Shown here piece after piece: positions 27,591 to 38,419 of a stretch of 64,000 bases of DNA (positions within the stretch are counted from its first letter, which is position 1; the number at the start of each line of letters is the position of its first letter). Below the pieces are notes generated by a model. That model was not told the origin of the DNA. It ran no database searches and saw only the letters and a program-made list of their open reading frames with translations. The stretch lies in the NCBI GenBank assembly GCA_964499705.1, contig CAZCME010000004.1:124001-188000 (forward strand), read 5' to 3'. A program made the position numbers and the translations under genes. The stretch comes from an uncultured bacterium. GTDB taxonomy: Bacteria; UBA8481.

Positions 27591-29297
27591 TTGCTTCTTT
27601 CGCGCCTTCCCCTCGCCGCGGCGTGCCTGCTTGCGATCACCCCGATCTCGAGCGAGGCGCGCTCCGCGGGCGTGCGCGCGGATTATGAATTCGCCTACAG
27701 GAATTTCGCCGTAACGAACAGCCTGGTACTGCCTGCCGAGGCAGTATCGCTCCTGGGTTCCTCCCGCTACGAGACGGAATGGCGGGGACAGATCACTTTC
27801 CGACGGGTGATCGATTCGACAAACGAAACGATCATCGAGATCACGGCCCGTCCGGACACGGTCGTCTTCCGGCAGAATTCAGTTCGCGCTCCCGCGCAGG
27901 AAAATCTCTATCGCGAGGCACTTGCTGGAAAAATATTCATGGTGAGGAGCGGCGACGGGCCCGTCTCGATCCGGCTTGATCCGAAACTTTCCGCGGGGCA
28001 GAAGGCCTTCTGGAAAGCATGGCTCGCTACGATGCAATGGACGGTTCCCGCGGACCTGACGCGTCGATCAGGGTGGACCGCCGTGGAAGTTACCCCGAAT
28101 GGCGATCAGCGGGTTCGCTATCGGCGGATGACCTCACGATCGCCCTACCGGATCCTGAAAACTTTCGAGTCGGGATCGGGCGACGAGGAAAAATCCATCC
28201 GCCCCGGGGGAAAAATCAAGTTGTTGTGGGAGAACGACCTCGAACTGCCCGTCGAGATCGCAGGAACGGAAAGCTACGTGATCCGATGGGGAACAAGAGA
28301 TATCGCGCACTCGGTCAGCATCGTTCATCTGCGACTCATCCGCTCGGAACCGCTCACGTCCGAGGAGGGTGTGAATCTCCTTCTTGACTCGACCCGATGC
28401 ACGGGCCTGCCGGAATCGCTGCGCGTGACGGCCGACGAAGCGAAGATGAACCGCCTGAAGAACGAGAAGATCCTGGCGGGTCACAGCAGATCTTCACTGC
28501 GGGAAGAGTTGCAGTCGCATTGCGATGGCAGGGACACGGTATATCGGCGGGGACTGCTGCTCCATCTGCGCGCGCTCTTCGCGCTTGAACCGGAAGCCAT
28601 GAAGGAATACGGGATTTTTCTCCGCGAATGCCCGGTCGGCTCGCAGGCATTCACGGATCTCGTCGCGGCCTACCGCACGGCGGGAGGAGAGACCGGACTC
28701 CTCATGCTTCTGGATATCGTCGTCGACTCTCCGCGGATGAAGGAACGAACGGGCCGCATTCTCCGTGAGCTCATGGAGATCGAGCAGCCAGGCTTGCCGG
28801 CAACGACGATCCTTCTTGATCATTCTCGTAATGACCCTGCCGCTCAAGAGCTCGTGGTTCTCGGCGCCTGGTCGAGGCGGGTCGACACGGCCGACCCCGA
28901 CCTTGCCCGGAGAATCCGCGCTCGACTGGGAGAATCGTACCGGCGCGCGCCATCGCTGGATGAGCGCGTCGCGGCGCTTACGGCGCTCGGCAACGCCGCA
29001 GACAGCGCATCGTTGCGGGAGTTTATCGATCGATCCTCCGATACCGAACCGAGGTTGCGCTCCGCGGCGATTCTCGCTCTTCGATACTTCCCAGGAATCA
29101 CGATCACGCGACACATTCTTGCGGCCCTCGGCGATCAGGATCCGCGCGTGCGGCAGGCAGCCGCGACCGCAATCGGATTCCGCACGCTGAATGCGGCGGC
29201 GAGAAATACATTGCGGAAGCTCATCCGGAAAGAGGAAATCCCGGCCGTGAAACGCAAGCTCCAGGCGATACTGAACGAGGAACAAGCGGGGCGATAA
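27591..29297 (+). CDS. Secreted protein with N-terminal beta domain and HEAT-like helical repeats (vitellogenin/MTP N-domain-like)
   Basis: Signal peptide; AVEVTPNGDQRVRY...ILKT; ALTALGNAA, LRSAAILALR, DQDPRVRQAAATAIG. Confidence 0.75.
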   Translation: MLLSRLPLAAACLLAITPISSEARSAGVRADYEFAYRNFAVTNSLVLPAEAVSLLGSSRYETEWRGQITFRRVIDSTNETIIEITARPDTVVFRQNSVRAPAQENLYREALAGKIFMVRSGDGPVSIRLDPKLSAGQKAFWKAWLATMQWTVPADLTRRSGWTAVEVTPNGDQRVRYRRMTSRSPYRILKTFESGSGDEEKSIRPGGKIKLLWENDLELPVEIAGTESYVIRWGTRDIAHSVSIVHLRLIRSEPLTSEEGVNLLLDSTRCTGLPESLRVTADEAKMNRLKNEKILAGHSRSSLREELQSHCDGRDTVYRRGLLLHLRALFALEPEAMKEYGIFLRECPVGSQAFTDLVAAYRTAGGETGLLMLLDIVVDSPRMKERTGRILRELMEIEQPGLPATTILLDHSRNDPAAQELVVLGAWSRRVDTADPDLARRIRARLGESYRRAPSLDERVAALTALGNAADSASLREFIDRSSDTEPRLRSAAILALRYFPGITITRHILAALGDQDPRVRQAAATAIGFRTLNAAARNTLRKLIRKEEIPAVKRKLQAILNEEQAGR

Positions 29298-29368
29298 AGG
29301 ATGTTCCCGATCTTCTCTTTTTCCGCCTTTTCCTCACCGCCGGCCTGATATACACTCTTTGAGCTATT

Positions 29369-29441
29369 GGGGATGTAGCTCAGTTGGTAGAGCGCGTCGT
29401 TCGCAATGACGAGGTCCGGGGTTCGAATCCCCGCATCTCCA
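29369..29441 (+). tRNA. tRNA-Ala (CGC)
   Basis: GGGGATGTAGCTCAGTTGGTAGAGC; CGTCG TT CGC AA TGACG; GGTTCGAATCC; G3-U70 pair. Confidence 0.95.
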
Positions 29442-29535
29442 GAAGCGCTCAGCCGTCAGCACTCTTCGGTCAGATCCATCACGTCCTGTCGAGTCCCTGG
29501 TGAAAGCCGGGAGCTGAAGGCTGAAAGTTCACCAT

Positions 29536-29735
<200 letters not shown>

Positions 29736-29766
29736 CGTGCGATCACGATAATTTCAAAGGAACCCC

Positions 29767-30498
29767 ATGTCTCCGTCTTCATCCTTCAACCCTCCACCTT
29801 CCTCTTCCTTCGTCGTCGCATTCGATCTCGATGGAACGCTCTTCACGTCCGAATCGATCATCGCCGGATGCTACCATGAAGTCGTCGCCGATCTGAATCA
29901 TCGCGCCGGCCTGTCACTTGTGCCGCCCTCGGCATCCTCCATTCTCCGCTACGTCGGACAGCCCGGCCTGAAGATCGCCGCGAGTCTCTATCCCGATCTG
30001 AACCCTCAGCTCCGGGAAGACCTCGCCGATGCCGCGCTGCATGCCTTGACGCGGAGGATCCGGCTCGGGGAAGGTCGGCTGATCGAGGGTGCCCTGGACA
30101 CTCTTTCTGAACTCCGGGACCGCGGGTATCCCCTCCTTCTCGTCTCCAACTGCCGCCGGGAATATCTCGAGGCGATTCTCGATACCTATCAGCTCGCAAG
30201 CTTTTTCGAATCCGCGATGTGCAATGCGGACGATCCGGAAGCCGGGAAAGCGGGAATTCTCCGGCGCCTGGCCGCGGGCCGCCGGGGCGTCATGGTCGGC
30301 GATCGCTCGTCCGACGGCGAAGCCGCGCGCCATGCTCAACTGCGCTGGATCGCCTGCCGGTATGGCTACGCGGAACACGGCGACGGGGAGCAAAACGAAT
30401 TGATGGGCGCGGATGCCGTGGTAAGATCCCTTTCGGAAGTTCCGCCTCTCGTCGTCAGCTTTGCGAGTAGCATGACGGAACCTGCCGGCAGCCGCTGA
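29767..30498 (+). CDS. HAD-superfamily hydrolase
   Basis: FDLDGTL, VSN, MVGDRSSD. Confidence 0.9.
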   Translation: MSPSSSFNPPPSSSFVVAFDLDGTLFTSESIIAGCYHEVVADLNHRAGLSLVPPSASSILRYVGQPGLKIAASLYPDLNPQLREDLADAALHALTRRIRLGEGRLIEGALDTLSELRDRGYPLLLVSNCRREYLEAILDTYQLASFFESAMCNADDPEAGKAGILRRLAAGRRGVMVGDRSSDGEAARHAQLRWIACRYGYAEHGDGEQNELMGADAVVRSLSEVPPLVVSFASSMTEPAGSR

Positions 30499-30550
30499 TC
30501 CTCCGGATTTCTCTCCGGCTCATTTCAACGGCGAACTCGTGTAAAGGATA

Positions 30551-31426
30551 ATGATGTCCCGAATCGTCGCCATCGTAACAGGTGCATCCTCCGGCATCGG
30601 CCGCGCGACGGCGAAGCGTCTCGCCCGGGACGGTTACGCCGTCGTCGTCACGGCGCGACGCACGGATCTTCTCGATTCTCTCGCGGAGGAAGTCAGGAAC
30701 GAAGGAGGCGAATGCCTCGCGTTTCCCGGGGATATCCGCGATCCCTTCCATTGCGCGCGGCTCGTCGAGACATCCGGTGCATGGGGTGAAACGGAGGTGC
30801 TCATCGCGAACGCGGGCATGGGTTACACCGGACCATTCGACCTGATGACGGACGACGAGATGAGAAAGCTCATCGATGTCAATATTCTCGGCGTCATGCG
30901 GCCGATCCGGGAGATCATCCCCCGCATGAAGGAACGAAGTTCCGGCAAGATCGTCATCATCGGCTCGGTGCTTTCCCGCGCATCAAGTCCGGGCACCGCC
31001 GTCTATTGCGCCACCAAGCACGCGGTCGTCGGCTTCGCCGACGCGCTCCGCCATGAACTCTCCTCCTCAGGCATCCGCGTCATCTCCATCCTGCCCGGCT
31101 ACACGTCGACGGACTTCTTCAACGCGATGATCCAGCGCGGAGACCGGGCCGTCGACGAGATCAAGAAATACTGGTTCTTTCATTCGCCCGAGCATGTCGC
31201 CGACGTCATTGCGCGACGCATCGAGCGACCTGTTGCGGAAGTGGTCATCGGTGGACTCAACACCGCCGTCGTGCTCCTGGCCACCCGCCTGCCCGGCCTG
31301 TACCACAGGTTGCTGGACGTCGCCGAAATCGTGGGGAGAAAGATCAAGGATCATCACGCGCGAAAGGCGGAGGAATCCGAAGCGCAGCCGTCCGAACCGG
31401 ACAGCATGCCGAATTCCGCTTCATGA
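30551..31426 (+). CDS. SDR-family oxidoreductase
   Basis: VTGASSGIG, NAG, YCATK. Confidence 0.93.
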   Translation: MMSRIVAIVTGASSGIGRATAKRLARDGYAVVVTARRTDLLDSLAEEVRNEGGECLAFPGDIRDPFHCARLVETSGAWGETEVLIANAGMGYTGPFDLMTDDEMRKLIDVNILGVMRPIREIIPRMKERSSGKIVIIGSVLSRASSPGTAVYCATKHAVVGFADALRHELSSSGIRVISILPGYTSTDFFNAMIQRGDRAVDEIKKYWFFHSPEHVADVIARRIERPVAEVVIGGLNTAVVLLATRLPGLYHRLLDVAEIVGRKIKDHHARKAEESEAQPSEPDSMPNSAS

Positions 31427-31989
31427 TCCGACAGTTGAACGGCACGCTCGTGCATAAGACGGCGGAAGAAGTCGTCATCTCCTGCGGCGGAGTCGGCTAT
31501 GCGGTGGAGATGCCGTCGAACACTCCCCTGCCGCGCATCGGCGAGCATGTGACCATCTGGACTCACCTGAGAGTCCGCGAGGATGCTCTCGACCTCTTCG
31601 GATTCGCTTCCCGCGAGGAGCTGCTGCTCTTCGAATCGATGCAGCGGATCCGGCGTTTTCCGGCGAAGACCGCTCTCGCGGTCCTCTCGCACTGCGGCGT
31701 GGACGGTTTCCGGCAGGCCGTGGCGAGCGGAGATCTCGACGCGCTGACGCGCGTCCCCGGCATCGGAAAAAAATCAGCGCAGCAGGTTCTGCTGGAGATG
31801 CGCGGCCAGATCGATCTCGGTTCGCTCCCGCCGGCCGTCACCGGCACAGCCGATGACGCGACGCTCGCGCTCATGGAACTGGGCTTCACCGAATCGGAGG
31901 CGCGGGGGCGGGTCGAGAAGGTCCGCGTGGAGAATCCGGAGATGACGGATCCTGCGGAGATCATCAAAATCGCATTGAGGAAGAGATAA
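31423..31989 (+). CDS. ruvA: Holliday junction branch migration protein RuvA
   Basis: GGVGY, VREDALDLFGF, VPGIGKKSAQ, ALMELGF. Confidence 0.93.
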   Translation: MIRQLNGTLVHKTAEEVVISCGGVGYAVEMPSNTPLPRIGEHVTIWTHLRVREDALDLFGFASREELLLFESMQRIRRFPAKTALAVLSHCGVDGFRQAVASGDLDALTRVPGIGKKSAQQVLLEMRGQIDLGSLPPAVTGTADDATLALMELGFTESEARGRVEKVRVENPEMTDPAEIIKIALRKR

Positions 31990-31992
31990 CCG

Positions 31993-33390
31993 ATGAAACA
32001 GGAAATTACAGCATGGATGTGGGATGGGAAAACTTTCGACGGACCGGCCGGCCAGGGTGCTCCTCGCGAATACCGCGAAACCTGGAGCAGGACGGCGGCG
32101 AAGCACAAGCTGAAGGGCAAGGCCGGCGAGACCACGCTCGTGCTCGACGGACCCTCGCCATCGATCATACTTGGCATCAAGGCTGAAGACACGGGGCGCG
32201 CGGTCTACGAAGGCGCCATCCGCGCCGTCGAGATCGCACGCAAGCACAGGTTCGCGGCCCTCCGCATTGGCGGCGTTCCCTCATCCGCGCACCTGGCTGC
32301 GATCCGGGGCGGACATGACGGCCAGTATTCCTTCCGCATCGGGCGGAAAAAATCCGCGGCGCCCATCAAGGTTCGCGTGAGTGGCGCTTCGGCCGCGGTT
32401 GTCCGGCGCGCCGGGATCATCGGAGACGCTGTCACGTTCGCCCGGAATCTCGTGAACACGCCTCCCGGCGAAAAATATCCAGCGCGGCTGGCCGCGCGGA
32501 TCATCGAGGAGCTGAAGAGGGCGAAGGCCGCGGGCGGATCCGTAACGATGGAGATCTGGGATGAGCGAAAGCTGGCGCGCGAAAAATGCGCGGGTGTGCT
32601 CGCCGTGGGCCAGGGTTCCTCCCGGCCACCGCGCATCGTGCGGATGAATTATCATCCGCGCGGGGCCCGTCGCCATATCGCGCTGGTCGGCAAAGGCGTG
32701 ACGTTCGACGCGGGCGGGCTCAACATCAAGACCTTCGAGGGCATGAAGACGATGAAGTGCGACATGTCCGGCGCGGCGGCGGTCGCCGCGGCCTTTTCCG
32801 CGATTGTCCGCCTGAAGCTGCCCGTCCGCGTCAGCGCGATCATCGGGTTGGCGGAGAACATGCTGGGAGGCGGCGCCTTCAAGCCGGGCGATGTCGTCAC
32901 GATGCGTTCCGGCAGAACCGTCGAGATCCTGAACACCGACGCGGAAGGTCGGATCGTCCTCGGAGATCTCCTGGACATCATGGCGAAATCGAAAGCCGAC
33001 TGTGTCGTCGACCTCGCGACCCTGACGGGCGCCTGCCTCGTCGCGCTCGGAGAAGAAACCGCCGGTCTCTTCGCCAACGATGACGCGCTCGCGAAAAAGA
33101 TCAGCTCCGCCGGCGCGACCGTCGGAGAAATGTACTGGCGACTGCCGCTCGGCCGGGATTACCTCGCGAAATTGAAGGGCGATATCTCCGACCTCAAGAA
33201 CATCGGCGGCCGGTATGGCGGATCCTGCACGGCGGCGCAATTTCTCCAGGAGTTCATCGGCGACAGGAAATGGGCTCATCTCGATATCGCCGGTCCCGCG
33301 TTCCGCGAGGGTTCCTCGTCGGGCCGGCCCGGAGGCGCCACGGGATTCGGAACGGCGACGCTCGTGGAACTCGTCGGCGAGCTCGCATGA
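31993..33390 (+). CDS. pepA: Leucyl aminopeptidase (M17)
   Basis: [43 protein letters not shown]. Confidence 0.95.
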   Translation: MKQEITAWMWDGKTFDGPAGQGAPREYRETWSRTAAKHKLKGKAGETTLVLDGPSPSIILGIKAEDTGRAVYEGAIRAVEIARKHRFAALRIGGVPSSAHLAAIRGGHDGQYSFRIGRKKSAAPIKVRVSGASAAVVRRAGIIGDAVTFARNLVNTPPGEKYPARLAARIIEELKRAKAAGGSVTMEIWDERKLAREKCAGVLAVGQGSSRPPRIVRMNYHPRGARRHIALVGKGVTFDAGGLNIKTFEGMKTMKCDMSGAAAVAAAFSAIVRLKLPVRVSAIIGLAENMLGGGAFKPGDVVTMRSGRTVEILNTDAEGRIVLGDLLDIMAKSKADCVVDLATLTGACLVALGEETAGLFANDDALAKKISSAGATVGEMYWRLPLGRDYLAKLKGDISDLKNIGGRYGGSCTAAQFLQEFIGDRKWAHLDIAGPAFREGSSSGRPGGATGFGTATLVELVGELA

Positions 33391-34415
33391 TCGAGGAGGA
33401 GTCCAGCCTCGGCGGAGACATCCGCGTTGTCGCACCGGGCAAGGTTCCGGAGGAGGACGGCGTCGACCAGGCTCTCCGGCCGAAGCGCTTCGACGACTTC
33501 ATCGGCCAGCCGCGCGTCGTCGAAAACCTCCAGCTCGCCATCGAAGCGGCCCGCAAGCGCGAAGGCCATGCGCTCGATCATGTCCTTCTTTCCGGGCCGC
33601 CCGGACTCGGCAAGACGACGCTCGCGGCGATCATTGCTTCCGAGATGGGCGTCGCCCTGCACTCCACGTCGGGGCCGGTCATCGAGAAGGCCGGCGACAT
33701 CGCGGGAATCCTGACGCAGCTGGCGCCGCGCGACGTCCTCTTCATCGATGAAGTGCATCGCCTTCCCACGGCCGTCGAGGAAGTTCTCTACACGGCGATG
33801 GAGGACTACGCGATCGACATCGTCCTGGGGCATGGGCCGTCGGCACGCAGCATCAAGCTCTCGATTCCACCGTTCACATTGATCGCCGCGACGACGCGCG
33901 CCGGCATGATCGCGGCGCCGATGCGCGCCCGGTTCGGGCTCACTCACCGGCTGGATCATTACGAGGCGAACGACATGACGAAGATCGTGGACCGCGCCGC
34001 CAGGCTCCTGAAGATGAACTGCAGGCCGGAGGGGATCGCGGAGATCGCACGGCGGAGCCGCGGAACGCCGCGCATCTCGAACCGGTTGCTCCGGCGCGCC
34101 CGCGACTACGCCGACGTGAAGTGCGACGGCGTGCTGACGATCGACGCGGCGATGAAGGCGCTCGAGATGCTGGAGGTCGATCCGAGAGGGCTCGACGCGA
34201 TGGACAGGCGCATCCTCGCGGCGATCGTCGACAAGTTCGACGGCGGCCCCGTCGGCGTCGATTCCCTGGCCGTCGCCGTCTCCGAGGAGGCCGGAACGAT
34301 CGAGGAAGTGTACGAACCGTTCCTCATCCAGATCGGCATGCTGAAGCGGACGCCGCGCGGACGCGTCGCCACGTTGAAAGCCGTCGAGTATGTCCGGAGC
34401 TTCGCCTCTTCTTGA
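33387..34415 (+). CDS. ruvB: Holliday junction DNA helicase RuvB
   Basis: [42 protein letters not shown]. Confidence 0.97.
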   Translation: MIEEESSLGGDIRVVAPGKVPEEDGVDQALRPKRFDDFIGQPRVVENLQLAIEAARKREGHALDHVLLSGPPGLGKTTLAAIIASEMGVALHSTSGPVIEKAGDIAGILTQLAPRDVLFIDEVHRLPTAVEEVLYTAMEDYAIDIVLGHGPSARSIKLSIPPFTLIAATTRAGMIAAPMRARFGLTHRLDHYEANDMTKIVDRAARLLKMNCRPEGIAEIARRSRGTPRISNRLLRRARDYADVKCDGVLTIDAAMKALEMLEVDPRGLDAMDRRILAAIVDKFDGGPVGVDSLAVAVSEEAGTIEEVYEPFLIQIGMLKRTPRGRVATLKAVEYVRSFASS

Positions 34416-34735
34416 AAGGCCGTTACACCATATCCCGCCACGAGAATTCGTCCGGCGCGCACTACGATCTCTTCCTGGAGAGCGGGGAAACACTCTCGAC
34501 ATGGAGACTTTCTTCGCCGCCGGAAACCGGGAGCGTTACCGCGGAGCGAATCGGGGACCACAGAAAAGCCTATCTGGATTACGAGGGCGGGATTTCCGGA
34601 GGCCGCGGTCACGTCGTTCCTCATTCGCGGGGCCGCTATGACCTGCAGGGCGATACGCTCCTCCTGGAGAAAGGACCGAGCGCCGGCGTCTACGAATTCC
34701 AGGAACAGAATCTGCTTGTAAGGCGGAGCGGCTGA
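34412..34735 (+). CDS. Stand-alone LigD 3'-phosphoesterase-like domain protein
   Basis: HYDLFLE....[16 protein letters not shown] start overlaps ruvB stop. Confidence 0.75.
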   Translation: MKGRYTISRHENSSGAHYDLFLESGETLSTWRLSSPPETGSVTAERIGDHRKAYLDYEGGISGGRGHVVPHSRGRYDLQGDTLLLEKGPSAGVYEFQEQNLLVRRSG

Positions 34736-34804
34736 ACCTAGTCTAGTCCGCCGAAATTGGGAATCGTCGTTTATCCCCGGAGAACGGCGGAAGGAGAAAA
34801 TAAA

Positions 34805-35806
34805 ATGGCCAAAGTGTGGTATGACAAGGACGCGGATCTGAAACTCATCAAGGGCAGGACCGTCGCGGTCTGCGGTTATGGCTCGCAGGGCCACGCGCAG
34901 TCCCTCAACCTCCGCGACTCCGGAGTGAAGGTCATCGTCGCGCAGAGGCCGGGCTCCGACAACTACAGGAAAGCCGTCAAGGACGGCTTCAAGCCCGTCT
35001 CCGTCGCCGAAGCCGCGAAGAAAGCCGACGTCATCCAGATCCTCCTGCCGGATGAAGTGCAGCAGAGCGTGTACGAGGAATCGATCCTGCCGCACCTGAA
35101 ACCGGGCAAGGCCCTCTTCTTCTCGCACGGCTTCAACATCCGCTTCGGCCTCATCAAGCCCCCGAAGAATGTCGACGTCATCCTCGTCGCCCCGAAGGCT
35201 CCGGGCCACACCGTCCGCCGCCTCTACGCCGAAGGCCGCGGCGTGCCGATGCTCCTGGCGGTCCAGCAGGACGCGACGAAGGGCTCCTGGAAGCTCGGGC
35301 TCTCGTACGCCAAGGCGATCGGCGGCACGAAAGCGGGCGTCATCAAGACGACCTTCACCGAGGAAACCGAGACGGATCTCTTCGGCGAGCAGGCCGTCCT
35401 GTGCGGCGGATTGTCCGCGCTCGTGAAGGCGGGATTCGAAACGCTCGTGGAAGCCGGCTATCAGCCCGAGGCGGCCTACTTCGAGTGCTGCCATGAAATG
35501 AAGCTGATCGTCGACATGATCAACGAAGGCGGTCTCTCCTGGATGCGCTATTCCATCTCCGACACGGCCGAGTACGGCGACTATTCGCGCGGCGGCCGGA
35601 TCATCACGAAGCAGACGAAAGCCTCGATGAAGAAGATCCTCGCGGAGATCAAGAGCGGCAAGTTCGCGAAGGAATGGGTAGCCGAGGCCCGCAGCGGGAA
35701 GAAGAAGTTCCTGAAGATGCGGAAAGCGGAGCAGACCAGCGAGATCGAGAAAGTCGGAGCCAACCTCCGCGCGATGATGAGCTGGCTGAAGAACGCCAAA
35801 AAATAG
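34805..35806 (+). CDS. ilvC: Ketol-acid reductoisomerase
   Basis: [38 protein letters not shown]. Confidence 0.97.
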   Translation: MAKVWYDKDADLKLIKGRTVAVCGYGSQGHAQSLNLRDSGVKVIVAQRPGSDNYRKAVKDGFKPVSVAEAAKKADVIQILLPDEVQQSVYEESILPHLKPGKALFFSHGFNIRFGLIKPPKNVDVILVAPKAPGHTVRRLYAEGRGVPMLLAVQQDATKGSWKLGLSYAKAIGGTKAGVIKTTFTEETETDLFGEQAVLCGGLSALVKAGFETLVEAGYQPEAAYFECCHEMKLIVDMINEGGLSWMRYSISDTAEYGDYSRGGRIITKQTKASMKKILAEIKSGKFAKEWVAEARSGKKKFLKMRKAEQTSEIEKVGANLRAMMSWLKNAKK

Positions 35807-35830
35807 TCGGAAGCCAGGATTGAGCCGGCC

Positions 35831-37378
35831 ATGATCCGCCGGCTCTTCCTTCCCGGTCTCGTTCTTCTGACATGCGCCGTCTATGCTCAGACGGCATCGT
35901 TCGATTTCATCCACAGGGACGATCCCGTCTTCATCGTGACGAATCCTTACGTCCAGGAGGGGCTCTCCTGGAAATCGATACGCTGGGCCTTCGAAGCGGA
36001 TCTCGCCTATCCCAGCGGGGACATCGACTATTGGCAACCTGTCACGATCCTGTCACGGCTCCTTGACGTCGAACTCCACGGACTCGACCCATCCGGTCAT
36101 CATTGGACGAACGTCATTCTTCACGCGGCCAATGTCATCCTCTTCTTCATGCTGTTGAGGCGCCTCACGAACCGACCTCTTCCCAGCGCATTCGCCGCGG
36201 CGATGTTCGCCGTTCATCCGATGCACGCGGCCTCGGTCGCCTGGGTCACGGAGCGAAAGGATGTCCTGAGCCTCTTCTTCGGGTTGATCGCGCTGTCATC
36301 GTGGATTGATTTCGTGCGGACACGGCAGAAGAGTTGCTACGCAATCGCGTTTGTTTCGTTCGTCCTGAGTCTCATGTCGAAGCCCTTGATGATTCCCCTG
36401 CCCGTCCTGATGCTGCTGGTTCTCGTCTGGCCCGCGGGCCTCATTCCTGATCCGGGCCGGTTCCGGAACTGGCTAAATCCCGCGCTCCGAATTCTCCCCT
36501 TCTGCGCGCTGTCGACCGCCAGTTTCTTCATCACGCTGAGATCTCAGCCTTCCGAGCTTCATTCCGTGGACCCGATGGCGCGTCTTGCCAACATCATCGT
36601 TGCGCCGGCGACCTATCTGGGGCGCCTGTTCGCTCCGTTTTCCCTTTCCTGTTATTATCCGTTCCCCGATCGGATCCATTCGGGAGCGATCGTCCTCGCC
36701 TCAATCCTGTTGCTGCTCGCCATCACGGCGGCCGCCATCATGCTGGCGCGCTCGAAACCCTGCATCTTCACCGGATGGTTCTGGTTCATCGGCGCGATCA
36801 TGCCGGCCACCATCGCGACCACGCGGGAGGCCACGGCGAATCGATTCACGTATCTGCCGTATCTCGGGCTTTACATGATGATTTCATGGCTGGCTGCCGA
36901 CCTGGCCGCCTCATGGCGAATCCGCAAAGGCATTGTTACCGGCGCGGCTGGATCGGCTCTGCTCCTGCTGGCCATCCTGGGCCACGCCGAGACCGCTCAT
37001 TGGAAGAACAGCTTCACGCTTTTCGAACAAGCGCTCATCGTGAACCCGGACAACTATTTCGCTCATCAGAACCTCGGAGTCGCCTTCTTCAACATCGAGG
37101 ATTACGCTCGCGCCAGGCTCGAATTTCAGGAGGCACTCCGGATCCGTCCGTCATTCGCTCCCATCATCAACAATCTCGGCAGAGCGGAAACCATGTCCGG
37201 GAATCTGAGGGAAGCTGAAGCTCATTACAGGGAGGCGATCCGGCTGGAACCGGATTTCCTGACAGCTTACAGAAACCTGGAGGAACTTCTACTCATGTCA
37301 GGGCGCGACACGGAAGCGGAAAAAGTTCACGGAGAAATTCTTCGCACAAAAGGCCGAGCCGCGACGGCCGACGAATGA
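35831..37378 (+). CDS. Multi-TM TPR protein (TMTC/GT-C glycosyltransferase-like)
   Basis: DD motif after TM1, HWTNVILH, FAVHPMH..SVAWVTERKD, RFTYLP, C-terminal TPRs. Confidence 0.85.
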   Translation: MIRRLFLPGLVLLTCAVYAQTASFDFIHRDDPVFIVTNPYVQEGLSWKSIRWAFEADLAYPSGDIDYWQPVTILSRLLDVELHGLDPSGHHWTNVILHAANVILFFMLLRRLTNRPLPSAFAAAMFAVHPMHAASVAWVTERKDVLSLFFGLIALSSWIDFVRTRQKSCYAIAFVSFVLSLMSKPLMIPLPVLMLLVLVWPAGLIPDPGRFRNWLNPALRILPFCALSTASFFITLRSQPSELHSVDPMARLANIIVAPATYLGRLFAPFSLSCYYPFPDRIHSGAIVLASILLLLAITAAAIMLARSKPCIFTGWFWFIGAIMPATIATTREATANRFTYLPYLGLYMMISWLAADLAASWRIRKGIVTGAAGSALLLLAILGHAETAHWKNSFTLFEQALIVNPDNYFAHQNLGVAFFNIEDYARARLEFQEALRIRPSFAPIINNLGRAETMSGNLREAEAHYREAIRLEPDFLTAYRNLEELLLMSGRDTEAEKVHGEILRTKGRAATADE

Positions 37379-37385
37379 AAAGATA

Positions 37386-37601
37386 TCATTTCAGCGCAGT
37401 GTCTTCATGCGGAATACTTCGAGTCAGGGCAGTGCCCGGCATCTTCACACGATCCCGGTCATTGCGAACGGCCCCTGCCAGGCGCCTCAACTTCATCACG
37501 ATCGCGATTTTATCCATGAATGGCAGGAACGCGCGACTTCGCCGCCGCTCGCGGTCGCTCTCTTCCATTCTCGTCCGGTAGTCATCGATCAGGATCTTCA
37601 A
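37386..37601 (-). CDS. Small basic protein coupled to nucleotidyltransferase (TA-like partner)
   Basis: 4-nt overlap with upstream NTase; 71 aa. Confidence 0.55.
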   Translation of the reverse strand: MKILIDDYRTRMEESDRERRRSRAFLPFMDKIAIVMKLRRLAGAVRNDRDRVKMPGTALTRSIPHEDTALK

Positions 37602-38110
37602 CGAAGTTTAACCTTCCGAACGAACTCATCCCATCGGGATGCAAGGCCATGGCGTTCCAGAATCGAATTCAACCTGGCGTCCTGAAACCGGCCGGACTCA
37701 ATGAACTGCTCGAGCCGTGCCAGATCTTTCGGCCGCCCGAGCTTGAGCGAGATCGCCATGAGGTGTTCCGCCGAAAACAAGCGGAGGGGAGCGCCGTCGA
37801 TGAACTCCTCGCGTGCTTCGGCGACAGCCTCACGTTCCAATTCGCTCGCCGGAGGAAGAAACTGAACCGGCCATGATCCGATCACAACTCTATCGCCGAC
37901 CATTTCCGAATATCCAAGTTCCCGCAATTTATTAAGAATAGGGGTAGGATCGACCAATCCCGACGTCGTGACCATAGGAGCGAAGACATCGATATCTTCC
38001 GTGAGAAACGGTTCGACGTATGCGAGGGCGCCGATGCCCCCGCCGATCGCATATTCAGAAATCACGCCGTCATCGCATAGGCGCTTCAGCGCTCGGGAAA
38101 TCTCCTTCAT
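37598..38110 (-). CDS. Nucleotidyltransferase-fold protein, TA-like
   Basis: YAIGGGIGA...TEDIDVF; LKLGRPKD; start supported by promoter geometry. Confidence 0.8.
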   Translation of the reverse strand: MKEISRALKRLCDDGVISEYAIGGGIGALAYVEPFLTEDIDVFAPMVTTSGLVDPTPILNKLRELGYSEMVGDRVVIGSWPVQFLPPASELEREAVAEAREEFIDGAPLRLFSAEHLMAISLKLGRPKDLARLEQFIESGRFQDARLNSILERHGLASRWDEFVRKVKLR

Positions 38111-38117
38111 CAGCAAA

Positions 38118-38146
38118 AGTATATCCCGGCCCGAGACCGATTCCAA
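38118..38146 (-). promoter_or_regulatory. Sigma70-type promoter, probably leaderless
   Basis: TTGGAA -17 nt- TATACT -7 nt- ATG 38110. Confidence 0.7.
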
Positions 38147-38308
38147 TTCCAGTTCCGAGTATCACTGCCTTTATTTTTTTCCAGCATCATGAGATCTTCA
38201 GCCGTGATGGCGCCGTCGTCGTTGAGAACAAATGAGGGATCGAAGCCCGGCCGCCCGGCCTACCTCTTGCGGCGCAGGCGTCCGGACGCGAATAATCGGG
38301 TGTAGAGG

Positions 38309-38419
38309 CTATGAGATCAGTGCGTAGAGGCAATAGTTAAGGATCGAAAAGAGGGCAGCGAAGAGACAGGCCCATCTGAAGCTGTCGACCGAGAAGCCCG
38401 GCACAATGCTGCTTACCAA
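38309..38419 (-). pseudogene. 3' remnant of a 4-TM phage-holin-family (YvlD-like) gene
   Basis: Alternate frame reads LVSSIVPGFSVDSFRWACLFAALFSILNYCLYALIS*, no 5' part. Confidence 0.6.

Noticed and set aside
34106-36037. 643-aa minus-strand ORF
   Set aside because: Antisense shadow of ilvC/ruvB in GC-rich DNA; no motifs
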